Assembly: GCA_964057225.1 (NCBI GenBank)
Contig: OZ059896.1
Coordinates: 6,572,001-6,636,000 of the forward strand
Origin: Auanema rhodensis
Lineage: Eukaryota; Animalia; Nematoda
Reading direction: 5' to 3'
DNA length: 64,000 nt
Position numbers and translations under genes: made by a program. Positions 1-13,089 of this stretch are shown piece by piece. A model generated the notes under the pieces. That model was given only the letters and a program-made list of their open reading frames with translations, did no database searches and was not told the DNA's origin. Position 1 is the first letter of the stretch; every line of letters starts with the position of its first letter.

Positions 1-1898
1 TTACTCATAGACAACCCTTCGTCATCTTGAAAATATGAGAGATTAGAAGTCTTAATATTGCGTGTTATCAGTACAGGATTAAGACGAGCTGCAAGATCCA
101 TTCTTTTAACTTCTCCACACATGTATTCCAGTCTGAAATGAGGAATTTTAGAAAATAAGTAACTTCTATATTTACTTCTTAATTCGGTCATCAATATCCT
201 TTCTTTTGATATATTCAACAGGAATACAGAGATTAATTATTTTTGAGTCCTTGTTTATTTCAGCATTAAGCTCACCTGATTCGACAAGTTTCTTAAAAAA
301 TTGAATACAATACTCGAAAAATTTATAGAAAAAAGATACCTCAATTATGCTGATTACAAGAGCCTCATCATTTAACTTAGATCTTGTTGTTAAATTTTCC
401 AAAGTAATTGAAGAAAATGATTTAGCTACTTTAAGCACAGCCTTGTATTTCAGTGTCTCAATCAAAGTCTCTACCAAGGAAAAATTTTCATCCTGAAACA
501 TATTTACACCTTTAGAATATGAATAAACTGCTTCAAAAAAACCTCTCGGAAAATAGTTGAATTGTCTTGCAGAGTTTTCTGAACTTCACAAATATTATCT
601 TCAGCGTCAGCAGCTAATGCAAGTTGGGTATAAGGAGCAGTACGAGCACTGGAAAAATGTTTTTCGAATTGTAAGTTATATATTTTGGAACTCACGATTT
701 CCAAGCCCTCAAAAGAGCTGACGATCTTGAGCTAGGGATGTCTAAACGACCATGCAATATGAGTGAGACAATATAAAATCTTAAAAAATAAATATTGCAA
801 AAAGTAATTTATCTATTTTTACTTCTTAAAAGCATTTATTTGGACCGGAGTTGGATTGCTAATTGGTAGTGTTATACTGTGCTCAAGGAAAATGATTGCA
901 CGACGATATTGATTCTGAGATATAAAATTAAAAACTTTATTTTTTTTAAGCTTACCAAGCTCAATAGAACGACGGCTGAGTAGTAGAGATACTGAAGCAG
1001 AAACTTGGAATCAAAGTACTGTGTTGTAGCATTTCTTGGTTTCCTTACGGTTAGATCAAATGGCGATTCAATTAGATAAGGGTTCTAATTTAAAAGTTAA
1101 TATATCTCACAATCAGCAACTTACTTCGTTTACAAGGCCACTCACATGCGAATAAATATATGGCAAAGCAGCTTGAAGTTTATTAAGCTCAATGCACAGA
1201 AAAAGAAAAGCAGAATGAAGGGAAGACACAATAAAATTTTCTTGATCAAAGATCAAAGTCATGGCTTTCTCTGCAATATCGTATCCAATTCCAGGCTAAA
1301 CATGAAAAAATATAACTTTTAAAAATGCGCACATTTCAACCTCTTTCTTCCTCTCAGAACAATAATATGCAGCGTTTCTTACAAGCGGGACAACTAAAAT
1401 TTACACAGGACAATATAAAAATTTAATGCAAAACTGAACATACATATATCAAGACAATGCTTCAGTTGGTCTGGTTTAAGAATTCCATTATCCAAGTAGT
1501 GTTTCAGAACTTCAATAGCACGATCGGTTCCAGCTTCATGGTTTTTCAATACAGAATTATCGTAAATAGCACGAATGCCAGCAACAAGCATGGGCTTAAT
1601 AATAACAAATTATCTGGTCAGAATTAGGAATAATTTTTACCACAGCGTACGGCAAATTTCCACACTCGATCAAAAAAGGCTCCAGGTCAGGAGCTTTTTT
1701 CTCCAGAACATCTTTATTTTTCCTTGCCATTTCAGCAATCTTCTGTACAACTTCAGCTAAAAAATAACGACTAAAACTAACTATTGAAATTTTCGAAAAC
1801 CTACATTTATTGTCGTTACTTTGAATGCCAGTCATTATTGTGATTATGTTTTCCACATTATTAACTTCAGGGAAAAGTTTGGCAAGGACTGCCGACAT
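1..1898 (-). CDS. csn-3: COP9 signalosome subunit 3-like PCI-domain protein, multi-exon, 3' end runs off the window
   Basis: Spliced translation includes SSLHSAFLFLCI, FLLQYLYYSAVVLLSL and a C-terminal PCI winged helix (VAKSFSSITLENL...LVESGELNAEIN). The last visible exon is still open at base 1. Confidence 0.7.
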
Positions 1899-2002
1899 TT
1901 CCTATAATAACGTTTTTTTTATTAAGATTTGAAATTTCACAAGAACTCGAGATATGAAATACGAGAACATAAATATATACAAGAGTTTGAACAAGAAATG
2001 TA

Positions 2003-2928
2003 CTAAAAAGCAGTATTAGGAGAGACACCGCCGGTTAAATCAATTAACCGGCTATGCATTTTAAACAATTTGTCACTGAGCTCATCATAGTGTTTGAAAT
2101 TAATATTAGAAACATCAGAATCTTTAGCACACAAAGCTAAATGTAAATTCGTTATATCTTCATGCTCTTTTTTAGCAGCTCGCATGTCAATTAATTGCTC
2201 ATCAGTGAAAGACTTCATGTTACCGGAGCGGAAATCTTCGAGCATTGATGTGAGAGACTAAAACATAGTAATAAATAAGAAGGAGCTGAAAGTGTTCACT
2301 TGTTCTATAGAGTCTTGCTCATAGTCCGCCTGCTGCAATCTGATGAGGTCATTGCCAGAGGGAGTCACCGGCACAATGGATTCATCTAAAGTGTCAGCCC
2401 TCCATTCGTACAGAGGCATGCCCTGCTCATTCCCCATATCAAGGGCCGTGCGAAAATTATCGCCCACAACCTCTTTCATTGGATACCTGTAATGAACATT
2501 ATTTTATGGACTATAGAACAATTGAAATACTACCAATCACTGTCATCAGAACTAGGAAATGTCAATTTGTCTGGTCTTTCAATATGTTTTTCCTCTTCAG
2601 CAATAACCACTTTTGGTTTTTCTTCCTTTTCAAAGCGAGTGAATCGATGAATAAAGTTCGAAAATGATGTAGCTGTATCTCTTCGACGTCCTTTGGGCTC
2701 ATCAATAGATTTGCGAAGCTTTTTTTTATCACCAGCTCCTTCTTTATCGATAATACGTTCTTCCACTTGTTCCGATGGAATAATAGAAGATGTTAGGGGA
2801 TCAGAGAATGATAATACAAGGTAATTATTAGCATCTTCGTTAATAGGAACGGAATATTGACTACTTTCATCAATTGTAGGAATTCGAATACGAATCTCCG
2901 ACGGAGAAGTACTATCTTCACGTGACAT
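2003..2928 (-). CDS. CCDC28-like (DUF4061) coiled-coil protein, 3 exons
   Basis: Three ORF pieces joined by short GT-AG introns. The C-terminal SMLEDFRSGNMKSF...MRAAKKEHEDITNLHL matches the CCDC28 pattern (LLxDFxSGxLxAF...LHF). Confidence 0.65.
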
Positions 2929-3162
2929 TATTTTAATGTATTATAGACCTATGCTTTACAGCTATACAGAAAATAAAAATATATAAAGCGATAAAGCAGG
3001 AGCAGCGAACACCGAAAGGCATGACCAAATTGAAAGCCGCAACCTAATAAACGTCACTCTGACGTATAGCGGGTGTGTTGACACATTTTGTTTTTTTGCT
3101 TCTGATTTAGCCTTGCAAAAAGCTAGAAATCCATAGCCTAACTTGTTAATTTATTGCTGTTA
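2929..3162. promoter_or_regulatory. 234-bp bidirectional promoter between CCDC28-like and gtf-2H1
   Basis: Head-to-head ATGs at 2928 and 3163. Contains the palindrome ACGTCA-ctc-TGACGT (3051-3065). Confidence 0.6.
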
Positions 3163-5413
3163 ATGGCGAATACATACAATGAAGATCTTTTACTTGAAAT
3201 TGATCATGTGAAATATCGAAAAGCTGGAGAAGGTCGTTCCCCAATAGGTCGTTTGATGCTATACAGGTTTACATTAAGTTCAGAAATATTTTGATTGAAA
3301 ATTTTAGTGAGCACGTAGAATGGAGAGATAATGCTAGCAGCGATGTGCTTTACGTGAAATTTATTCAAATTAAAGGTAAGAATAATACAAATAAATTAGG
3401 TTCAATGCTTTTAAGGGCAAAGGGTTTCTGCTGCAACCAAACCTAAAGTTCAGCTGCAGCTATGTTTACAAAATGAGGATCAAGCAACTTTTGTTTTTTT
3501 GGATACTTCAAAATCACGGGATCAACTATTAGAGCAGCGTGATTTGTTGAAAGAAACTCTACAGCAATCATTAATCGATCATCGAGCAAAAGTGAATCAG
3601 GTTTTTTCAATAAATTATGTTTATTTAACTAATATGGTGTAAAGTTAGCAGCTTCGCAAGAACAAGGATCTGTACATTCGGAATTAGAAACAAAACAAAA
3701 AATTCTTCAGCAAAATAAACAACTACAGTTGTTATACCAACATCTTGTAGCTTCTAAGCTAATAACACCTCAGGATTTTTGGGTTGAGTACTACAAAGTA
3801 GGTGCCAATGTTGTTTAATGCTTTATAACTCTCAACTTACAGCAAACGGACGGAGCTGAAGACAAAACTGGTGTAAATGGTGCATTCCTTTCAACCATTG
3901 CTACTCAAGATGGTACTAAAGGTGTGAAGTTGAATTTGAATGCAGAAATTATACAAGCAATATTCAACACTTATCCTGCAGGTAGGCTTCATGTGTCTTA
4001 ATTATTCTTAAATTTTATCTTACATTTTAGTCGAAAGAAAACACTTAGAATTAGTTCCTCATGAAATGTCTGAAGAACAGTTTTGGTCAAAATTTTTCCA
4101 ATCACATTATTACCATCGTCAAAGAGAGGTAAGGTATACTGTTTAAAACATTGAAAATAGTGTATTTTATAGGTTTTGCCAAACCCACACGATCCTTTTG
4201 CCGATTGTGTACGTTTTGATGATTTAGAAATAGAAAAATTAGTTGATGCCGGTGTTAAACGCAAAAGATTTGATTTGGATCATCTTAGTGATAATCTCTT
4301 TGATTCATCTGCGGCTGTAAGTGTTATTAAATATTTTTTGCTTGATATACTTACACAAGTAATTTTAAAAATTTCAGAAAGAGAGCTTAAAAACAGATCC
4401 CAAAACAACATTAGTTCGACGTTGTAACTATTTATCCGAAAGAATTATTCAAACTTTATCAAAAAATGCTCCAACTTCAACTACAGTTACTAATTCTAAC
4501 AACAATAAAGTGAAACCGAACGAAAAAGAGCCTTCTGGGTTTGCTATTCTTAATGTTAGTAATGGATGTTGTAACAAATTAACTTTGTACTATTTAGAGA
4601 ATTGTTGGTGAGGAAGAAGCAAGATTGGAATCAGATGAATTAATACATAAAACTGAAGATGTAGATATGCAAACTATTAAAATAAATAACGCTGCTCAGA
4701 GCTCAATAGTAGGATTTTCCATATTTCATGTAATCATAAGCACACTTATTCAGAGATCGTACGATCCCGTGGAAGCTGATAAGTATAAACAAATTGTACG
4801 AAATTTCCTAGATGATGCTACAGATGAAGTAATTTTAATTAATTTTACTTTTTTTAAATTTGTGATATCAGGATATTTTAATTCATGAAATTCCATTCAT
4901 GGAGGAAGAAGAATCTAACGGGTTTCCTCATTCAACTAATAAAGAAGTAAGTTTTCATGTTTGTTATCCATTAATATTATATTCTTAGCCTAAAAAATCT
5001 GGTAATAAAGAATGGAATCTAACTCCTCAAGAGTATAATGAAGTAAGGTTTCATATTTGATTTTGATTAATAGTTATTTCTTTTATTAGGTTCGGATTTT
5101 GCATGATTCCTGTAATGAAGTTCTAAAACATTTCTGGTCTTGTTTCCCTCCTATTAGCCAAGAATTAGAAGAAAAGGTAAAAATATGTTTAATTTCTTTG
5201 CTAAATCATTTCAGATGGGACGCATGGATACTGCTCTTAGACAATTTGAGGAAGGTCAGCTATCAAAAGCTGCTTTAAAGTTTGGTCCACACAGCGTATG
5301 TATCTTCGCATATTCGAATCATTACACATTCGTTATAGGTGGAGCATTGTTTCTTGATGATTTCAAAAGCACATGAACGCTACCAATCTTTCTTGGAACG
5401 TAAGAAAAAGTAA
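3163..5413 (+). CDS. gtf-2H1: TFIIH p62 subunit (GTF2H1)
   Basis: N-terminal PH-like domain (IKGQRVSAATKPKVQLQL), BSD domains (ITPQDFWVEYY; VPHEMSEEQFWSKFFQSHYY) and C-terminal LKHFWSCFPP. Stop at 5411-5413. Confidence 0.9.
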
Positions 5414-5640
5414 GGCATAGAGATAATATGTATATGAATGTTAATGTTTTAAATAGTTCCAAAAATTAATTTATTTGTAATCTACTTTCATTGTTAATTT
5501 TTCAATTTTTACGAGTATTGTTGATCTCTAAGGAGATAATCATTTTGAAATTAAATGTTTTGATATGCTCATCTGTATGGTTAATACCTCTAAATATCTG
5601 CTGAATATTACAAACCGTTTAACAACATATTTCAAATTAG

Positions 5641-7316
5641 ATGAATAAAATTGGCAAGTTCGCTCGATTAACATTTACATATCTGGGATCGACTCCAAGA
5701 ATAAGTTCAACATGTAGCTATTCTTCCCAAAGGCCTGAGTTGAATTTCGACTACTTATTAGAACAGGATAATATGGAAGCTATTAGAGCCAATATACAGT
5801 ATTACTAAAATTTTGTAGAAGTGGTAACTTTTGATGTTTAGGTCTCGAAAAGGTGTTGGCGATATTGATGCTCTACACCAAAAATGGCATGACATGGAAG
5901 CGTTAATAAATCAAAAAGAAAAACCTAAAATTCCTGAATATGAGCTTAGGAAGAAATGGGACGAGGTTAACTTCTGCTTTAAGCTCAAAAATGATTAAAA
6001 TGTGTAGATTTATGATTTGGCTCTTGACATACCTAATATGTCTATGTGTGATGTACCTATCGGTGATGAAAGTAACGCTAAGGTATGTATAATAAGGCTA
6101 TTACATATTATTTTTGAAACAGGTTCTGTCAGAGTGGGGAAAAAAACGAGAAGGTAATCTTTTAACAGCAGAAAAGTTAGTCCAAGGTTGGAGAGCTCTA
6201 CTTCACCCAACCGATGCTTGTGGAGAACGTAGTTATGTATTTTTAGGTAGTATTTTAATCATTTAATGTAAAAACTTGAATATTTTTTCCAGGTCCACTA
6301 GCAAATTTAGAAAAAGCACTCTTAGAATCTACATACGAACGCTTACTTATTCTGGGATTCAAGCCTGTTACAGTGCCTGACTTGGTTCCGTTGGATGTGA
6401 CGGAAGCATGTGGAGTAGTGCAGAGATCTAATAAACAAATCCAGGTTTTAAAATTTAATTGTAAAACTTATAGAGAAATTACTTATTTTTATAGTATACT
6501 CTGGTAAATGAGCCATCTATGGCTTTGTCCGGAACTGCCGAAATGGGAATTGCCAGTTTATTGAAAAATAAAACTTTAGATGCTGCTCAATTACCACTCA
6601 GATTTGTTTCCATGAGCAAGTTAGTAAGACAAATAAATTTTTCCATTGGAATAAAATTCAGATGTTACCGTCCCGAAATCAGCCATTCGGCCAGTGAAGC
6701 AAAGCTCTATCGAGTTCATGAGTTTAGTAAAATTGAAATGTTCACAGTATGCACTCCTGAACAGAGTGAGCATGAAATGGAGTTTTTGGTTCAAATTCAA
6801 AGAGGCATATTCGAGTCTTTGGGTCTTCATTGTCGGTAAAACATTATTTTTTGAATATTGTGTAAACATAATATTATCAGACAGCTTTTAATGCCAACAG
6901 AAGAACTAGGTGCTTCTGCTGCAAGAAAAATAGATATAGAAGCATGGATGCCCGGTCGGAAACGTTATGGAGAAGTCTCTTCTGCCAGTAATTGCACAGA
7001 TTTTCAATCTAGACGTTTAGGTATGAAATGTTTTCCTAGTTTCAAAATGATGTGTCTGTTAAGGAATTAAATACCGAACATCTGACGGTAAAAGTGATTT
7101 TGTTCACACCTTTAACGGAACAGGTATTGCTTCAACTCGGGCAGTTTTATCAATGCTGGAAACTTTCCAAACCGTACGGAATAAATTCAAAAATTTAGTT
7201 ATCATACTTCATTCTAGGACAAGAAAGGAATGCTGGAATTACCAGATGTTATTAAAAGTCGGCTTACGACACAAAGACCATCTCCCCTTCGTTTTAAAAC
7301 GTCACCAGCTTTGTGA
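5641..7316 (+). CDS. sars-2: Mitochondrial seryl-tRNA synthetase
   Basis: [13 protein letters not shown]...[49 protein letters not shown] and HTFNGTG motifs. Basic, Ser/Thr-rich N-terminus resembles a mitochondrial presequence. Confidence 0.92.
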
Positions 7317-8519
7317 TTTACCGGTATTTGATGTAGTGATCTTAATAAAGATTTTTTTCTTCGATAGTTCTATTTTTAATGGAAATTTTGTACAAAGATC
7401 TTAGTTTCATTTCAAGGATAACCTCCTATGCATTAAAACCCGAATATTACGTGAAAGTTACGTGATTAGTGCAGATCATTCAAAATGCGAACTTCAAGCT
7501 GAACGGTTGCTTTGTCAATATATTCTAAAATGCCTTGCAATCACAACTGACTCCTGTTTCGCATTCTCTCTCTCTCTCTTTCTGTCTCTTTTTCCCTTTC
7601 TCGCTCTCTACTGTCACATTTACATCTATCAGACTCCAACGTTGCCGTGCTGGTCTTGGTCCTCCTATTAAGAACAGTCTTTCCTTTTACACATGTCCTT
7701 GAACCCGTTTGGAGTAACGCCAACAAAACGACGATCCGCGGTTCTCTCATGAACTGTTTCGTCTTCATCACTAAACGTCATCTTCCGTTTTCATATCCCG
7801 TAACTCTAAGTGTGACTTTTCTCTTTTTCATTTCTGCATTTCGGCTACTTTCATTCGTGCTCCTCTCTTCTTTTAAAATTAAAATTTGCCACTGTTCTCT
7901 AGACATACAAAGACTAAAAAGAGTAGATCACAGTTATGAAAATGTTAGCAAAAGCAGTTTGTACAGCAAAAAAAAAAGAAAAAACTCAATTGAAAATTTA
8001 AATTGTTTCATTTCTCTACACCTGAATACTTTGACTCATCACACTGCTTCTCGTTTTCTTTCTATGGCCATTTCTTATATGTTATACGATTAAACTGACA
8101 CTTCTTTAATTTTTACTTCCTCGTTTCGGATTTTTTTGCTGAACCATGCAACAAACTATGAACACTTTTCACGGAAGCCTTTTTTATATTTATAAGTAAT
8201 ACAATGAAGTTAGCTTAAACATTGTGTAACCTAGAAGAACGATATTAAGAAAATAAAGAAACTGAGAAAATTTTTTTTGATAACACACAACTTCATAAGT
8301 AGATGCCCGTTCATCTACCAATCATTCAGTTCGATCTATGTATTTCCCTCCACTTTATTGATATCAGGCTGGTTTTAATCTAAAACGAAGAGTCAATTAT
8401 CTAACTTGTATTCAAAGATGATTGATGATTACACAACTCACTTTCTCTTGCACTTGTTTTGGCCTCTCTTCATTCTCGTCTACTGTATTTTCGTTCCTCT
8501 TCCTGCCATTCTCCTTATT

Positions 8520-8537
8520 TCCCTCTCTCTCTCTCTT

Positions 8538-8581
<44 letters not shown>

Positions 8582-8812
8582 CCCCCCCTCTCACTCTTTT
8601 CTTAATTCTCTCACTCTCTATATTTCTGTCCCTCTAGTGTGCTCTACTCTCTTTCTTCCTCTTCTTTATCTTCTCTCTCTATTTCTCTCTTTCACTCTCT
8701 TTATTTTTCTTTTTCCCTCTCTCACTCTCTCTCCCTTTCTCTTTCTCTCACTCTCTTTCTCTCTCTCTCTTTCTTTCACTCTCTCTCTTTCTCTCTTTCT
8801 CTCTATCTCTCT
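8520..8812. repeat. Degenerate (CT)n/polypyrimidine low-complexity tract
   Basis: Near-pure pyrimidine strand with (CT)n runs. It generates the spurious SL-rich and RE-rich ORFs. Confidence 0.9.
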
Positions 8813-10285
8813 CAAAAACGCCCATAATATTCTTTCCCCATTTTCTACCAACCATTCTAGTTATCTCCCTCTGTCTCAATCTACCTCATCATATTTGCTA
8901 TAAATTTTCATGTTTATTGTTTTTGATTTACAATTGAAAATAAGATTCAACATCGACATATGAATGAAAGTAATTTCTTCCAAGTTCAAGCTGTAGGCTC
9001 GATCACGTCCTTTTGAAAATGAAATAAGAGAAAATGAAAAAGAGAAATCAGTGTCGTCAAGATCTGCCTTCAGACTTTGACGACAAGAACGGAGTGATTG
9101 AACGAAGGAGAAACAGAGATATTCGGCGAGAAAGAGAACTTCTGCACCTTTCTTGCAACTAGGCTATCCAGGTATGGCGTGAGATATGAAAATGCAGAAG
9201 ATGACAAATCAGGAGAAGAAGACGAAGAAGAAGAAAAGGGGAGGAGTCGGATGAAGGGTGACGATAACGAACATATCTTCTTTTCCTTGCTCATCAGGAC
9301 GGCTGTCCCCTATCGGGCAACCCATGCCTCGAAATTAAATCCTCTCGGAGTTATTATAATTGAAACTTATATTCCAAATGTCGTGTAGAATTTAAAGTTC
9401 ATTCTTTCTCTCTTTCTTATTATCTTTGTTTTAATTTTTGAGTTCAATTTGGTTAAATTTAGATTAGATAGTTATATTGTCTTTGGTGTACAGTTAGTAG
9501 ATCCAAATTCTCTTAGGCACGATGAAGCTTTGCGACCTGGTAGGTAGACTTTTTCCAAATGATAAAAGCTTGTATTAACTTGATGAGCCTCAGTGAATAG
9601 CACATATGTCAATCAAAATCCTAATATTTTGAAGAAAGTGATTGCTTGATCGACTTCTACTAACATTGCTATCATTGCCAACATGCATCCTCGATATTTT
9701 CTCCTCAGCCACCTTCTTGTATCTTATGCTACACTGTCGCCAACCACAATGTCCTCCGTATCGTAATGTTTTGGTGCGAATCTTTTTCTGTCAATTGTTG
9801 TCGTCAACGTCATCAGCAATATCTTTCTTCGTCGTTGATATCACATTTTTCTAATACCCAACAACAAACTATTCTCTCGCTTAACATCACTATCTTCATT
9901 ATCATTATCTTTATTTTACTGTAGAAACTTTAGAAAATCTGGATGAAATAACTGAAATTCCGTTTCATATAGTCACTGTTTCACCCAAAGCTTTGCAAGC
10001 ATTTAATCGTAAAATCATATCATCATCAGCATCTGGCATCGAAATCACATCATCACGAGGGTGTTAATGATAACCAGATCAAGCGTGCGGCCTTCTATGA
10101 TATCTTGTCAATTGCACACACTTTTCGAGAAAATTTATAAAAAATGCTGGAATTAATTAAGTATTATAGCATATATATGTTTTTATTTATATGTAGAACA
10201 TATATAGAATATATTATATTCTTCGTGTCATTAGCTCGTTGTTAGGTCAAGATTTTTTCCTGTTCTCTTTCAGCAAACTCTTAAG

Positions 10286-11955
10286 ATGGACTTGCTGCGG
10301 CCGTTTGAAGAACCAGATCTTAGAATCATCATGCCGGGCACAATGGTAAGTTGCTTAAAATTTTCTTTTAAAAATTCGGTGATATTCATACAATGACGCC
10401 TTATTTATAACAGAATATGAATTTAAAAAATCTCTGTGATTCAGAGTTCAGAAACAGAAGAAGAAATGAGTGCTTCTGAACGAAGACGCTATAAAGCTTA
10501 TACAGTTATGCAACGATCTGGATTCCAACATACCGAGTGAGTTAAAACTTTTTTAATTTTCATATTACTTGTAAAGATGAGATTTTAAAACTATTTTGAA
10601 AGTAGACTTCGTTATAGAGTTTTATTCGCTAGTTATGTGATGCGTTCTTACTTTGTTCTTGTTCTTGAAGAAACATATATTATAAAATGCCATTTTGCGT
10701 ATATTGATAGCTATTCTCTTTAAAAAAACTGATATAAGTTCCCAAAAATGGTTTTCAACTTTTTTTGGAGATATGTAACCATGAAACGTAGCCCGTTGTT
10801 TTCATTGTTTGAAATTTTTGCTTAAAGCACATGCATCTTGGAGCTTACAAATGCTAAAAACTTTTAATTGTTCCAAAGTATTTAGTCTTCATTTACTCTG
10901 TTTTTTCGGGAATGTAGGCTGAATAGATAGAAAACAGACAGGTCTTCTCTCTTTCTGATGTCAGACCTCTGAACACTAGTCAATCGATTTTTAACGTCGT
11001 CAGATAACGAGAGGCAGACTGAATGGATTTGTCGAATTCTAGGAAAGCGGCTTTTTTAATCGAAAGAGGAAAAGAGGATAGAATCAGAGAAGCGAACACG
11101 TTTGATCGTTCTCTGGTCATAAAGAAAGCATGATAGTTGTAATTAGTAGCAAAATATTTATACTGAAGAATCTTGCTGATTCGATGATATTTAAAACTTT
11201 AATTGGAAATATCTTATAGGTATGTGAAAATAATGATACATCTATGTCGGGCTGAGATTTTGATCTCTCTAGCTTTCCTAGTTCATGGAATTTATTGTCC
11301 TGGATATCCAACAGAGGCAGAATATCAGTCAACATGCCACATGAATACAGTAGCTGCAATTGTAGGCTTAGTAACGGGAGCTATGGGTCTTGGAGCAGTT
11401 CATCGGTATTACCTAATACTGTGATTTTAACTTTAGCTTACAAACTTTTAGATATCGTTGGAGAACAATGTTGATGATGTGGCTGGTATTCTGCATTATA
11501 TCTGCCGTAGGAAATTTGTTGGCTGTTATTACAACAGGTAACTTGCTACATACTTCATTAATGATAAAGTTAACTTCAAATTTTAGGAATATGGCTAGAT
11601 CATTTGTCCAAAATGAAAGATAGAACAGGAATTGTCAATGGACTCTCTGGATTTATGTTGCTAGGTTCAGTGGCAGTCGGTATGATATTATATTTATTAT
11701 AACGTAATTAAACTATGAGAATTTGAGGTGTTTGCTTCATATTAACTGCTGTTATGATTTGTCATTATTGGAATTCCAATTCACCTAAATACCAACCTGT
11801 AGGAAAAATTGCGGTATACTTTGAAACTGATAGTAATGAAGTTGATTTTTAATTTACAGAAAAGATCACGCAGTGTTCGAAGACGATTAAGCAGGATGAA
11901 GAGTGTAGAAAAGAAAGATGCTAAGGCAGCTAGTAAAGGATATCATATAGTTTAA
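10286..11955 (+). CDS. Four-transmembrane protein of unknown family (CD20/MS4A-like topology); possible extra 5' exon at 9522-9539
   Basis: Seven exons with canonical GT-AG splice in frame: MDLLRPFEEPDL...YVKIMIHLCRAEILISLAFLVHG...MLMMWLVFCIISAVGNLLAV...GFMLLGSVAVGVCFILTAVMICHYW...GYHIV*. Four hydrophobic segments. Confidence 0.75.
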
Positions 11956-13089
11956 AGAACTAGTTGAAATACTTTCAAACGAATCTCAGAATTCAAATTC
12001 TAAATGAGCATGTTCATTCCTCTAAGGTTCGCAAAGTAGAGTAGACCAGAAAAGGAATACTTCTACTTCTGCCATCCTTGATTTCGAAGCGTGTAATATC
12101 CTGTGTATATGTCTTTCAAATAATAATATCTGAAATAAATCATTTTTTCGTATAAAAATTTAAAGTTATGATAATCGCAAAACACGTTTTCGGTTGCTTT
12201 AAATAACAAACAAGTCTTAAAATACTTCACTTTTTAAGCATAGGGTCTAACAGTTAATCAAATTTGAATAATGATTAATAAGCTTATATGAAAATTTCAA
12301 GTATCAACTTTTATAATTTCGAACCTTTCATGTGTTTGCCTGGTGAGTATTGTTCAATTAATCATTCATTTTAAAAGAAATTGTATTTTAATAAACTTCT
12401 ACATACACACCTTCAAATTAAAATGTGCTGTCGCATTAAAAATATAAGCAAAGAAGAAAAAGTGAGAAAAAGAAATGAAAACGGTGGAAGTTTCCTTATC
12501 AGCTGTCTGTGAGCAGACTAATCTGCTGAAGAAACATCATTTCAAAATATTTCCGAAATATTTTTTTTACCAACCACTGATAAAAACGGCAAAACAATTA
12601 ATTCCTTTTTTAAACAGACGTTTTGAATTAATCCATATAGACGTTTTTACTAGATGTTGCACCATATTGTTAAAAACATTTTCTGACTCAATGTTTCTTA
12701 CTTGTAGACGTTTTCGCACATCATTAACAGTAAAAAATAATGGAAACAGTTGAAAATACACCTGCATTTCTCTTCATAATAAAACCTGGTTACAAATTGT
12801 ATTAGGTGTTTACAAACCAGTTGAATGATTCAATTGATCTAGAACAGTTTTCCTCTAGATCCTAAAACCTTTTTTAATCATACCACAGACGCAAGTATTG
12901 GATATTATCTCTTTCGAGGGAATGCCGTTTTCGAAATCTTTGCTCATCTGATATAGATAACATCTCCCTCCCTTCATCTTCGCTCCACGAATAAAATTAG
13001 CTTATATATAAAGAAGTTCATTTAATTGATATCTAGTAAATCGAAAAGTTATAAGGCAGAAATTTATTATATAAATTCACTTTTCACAG

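Noticed and set aside
8406-8903. Long SL-rich and RE-rich ORFs on both strands
   Set aside because: Artefacts of the CT/GA low-complexity tract.
12475-12980. A possible small gene downstream of the ERI3-like gene, and three AGACGTTTT copies
   Set aside because: Every splice combination I tried stops within about 40-60 codons, with no recognisable domain.
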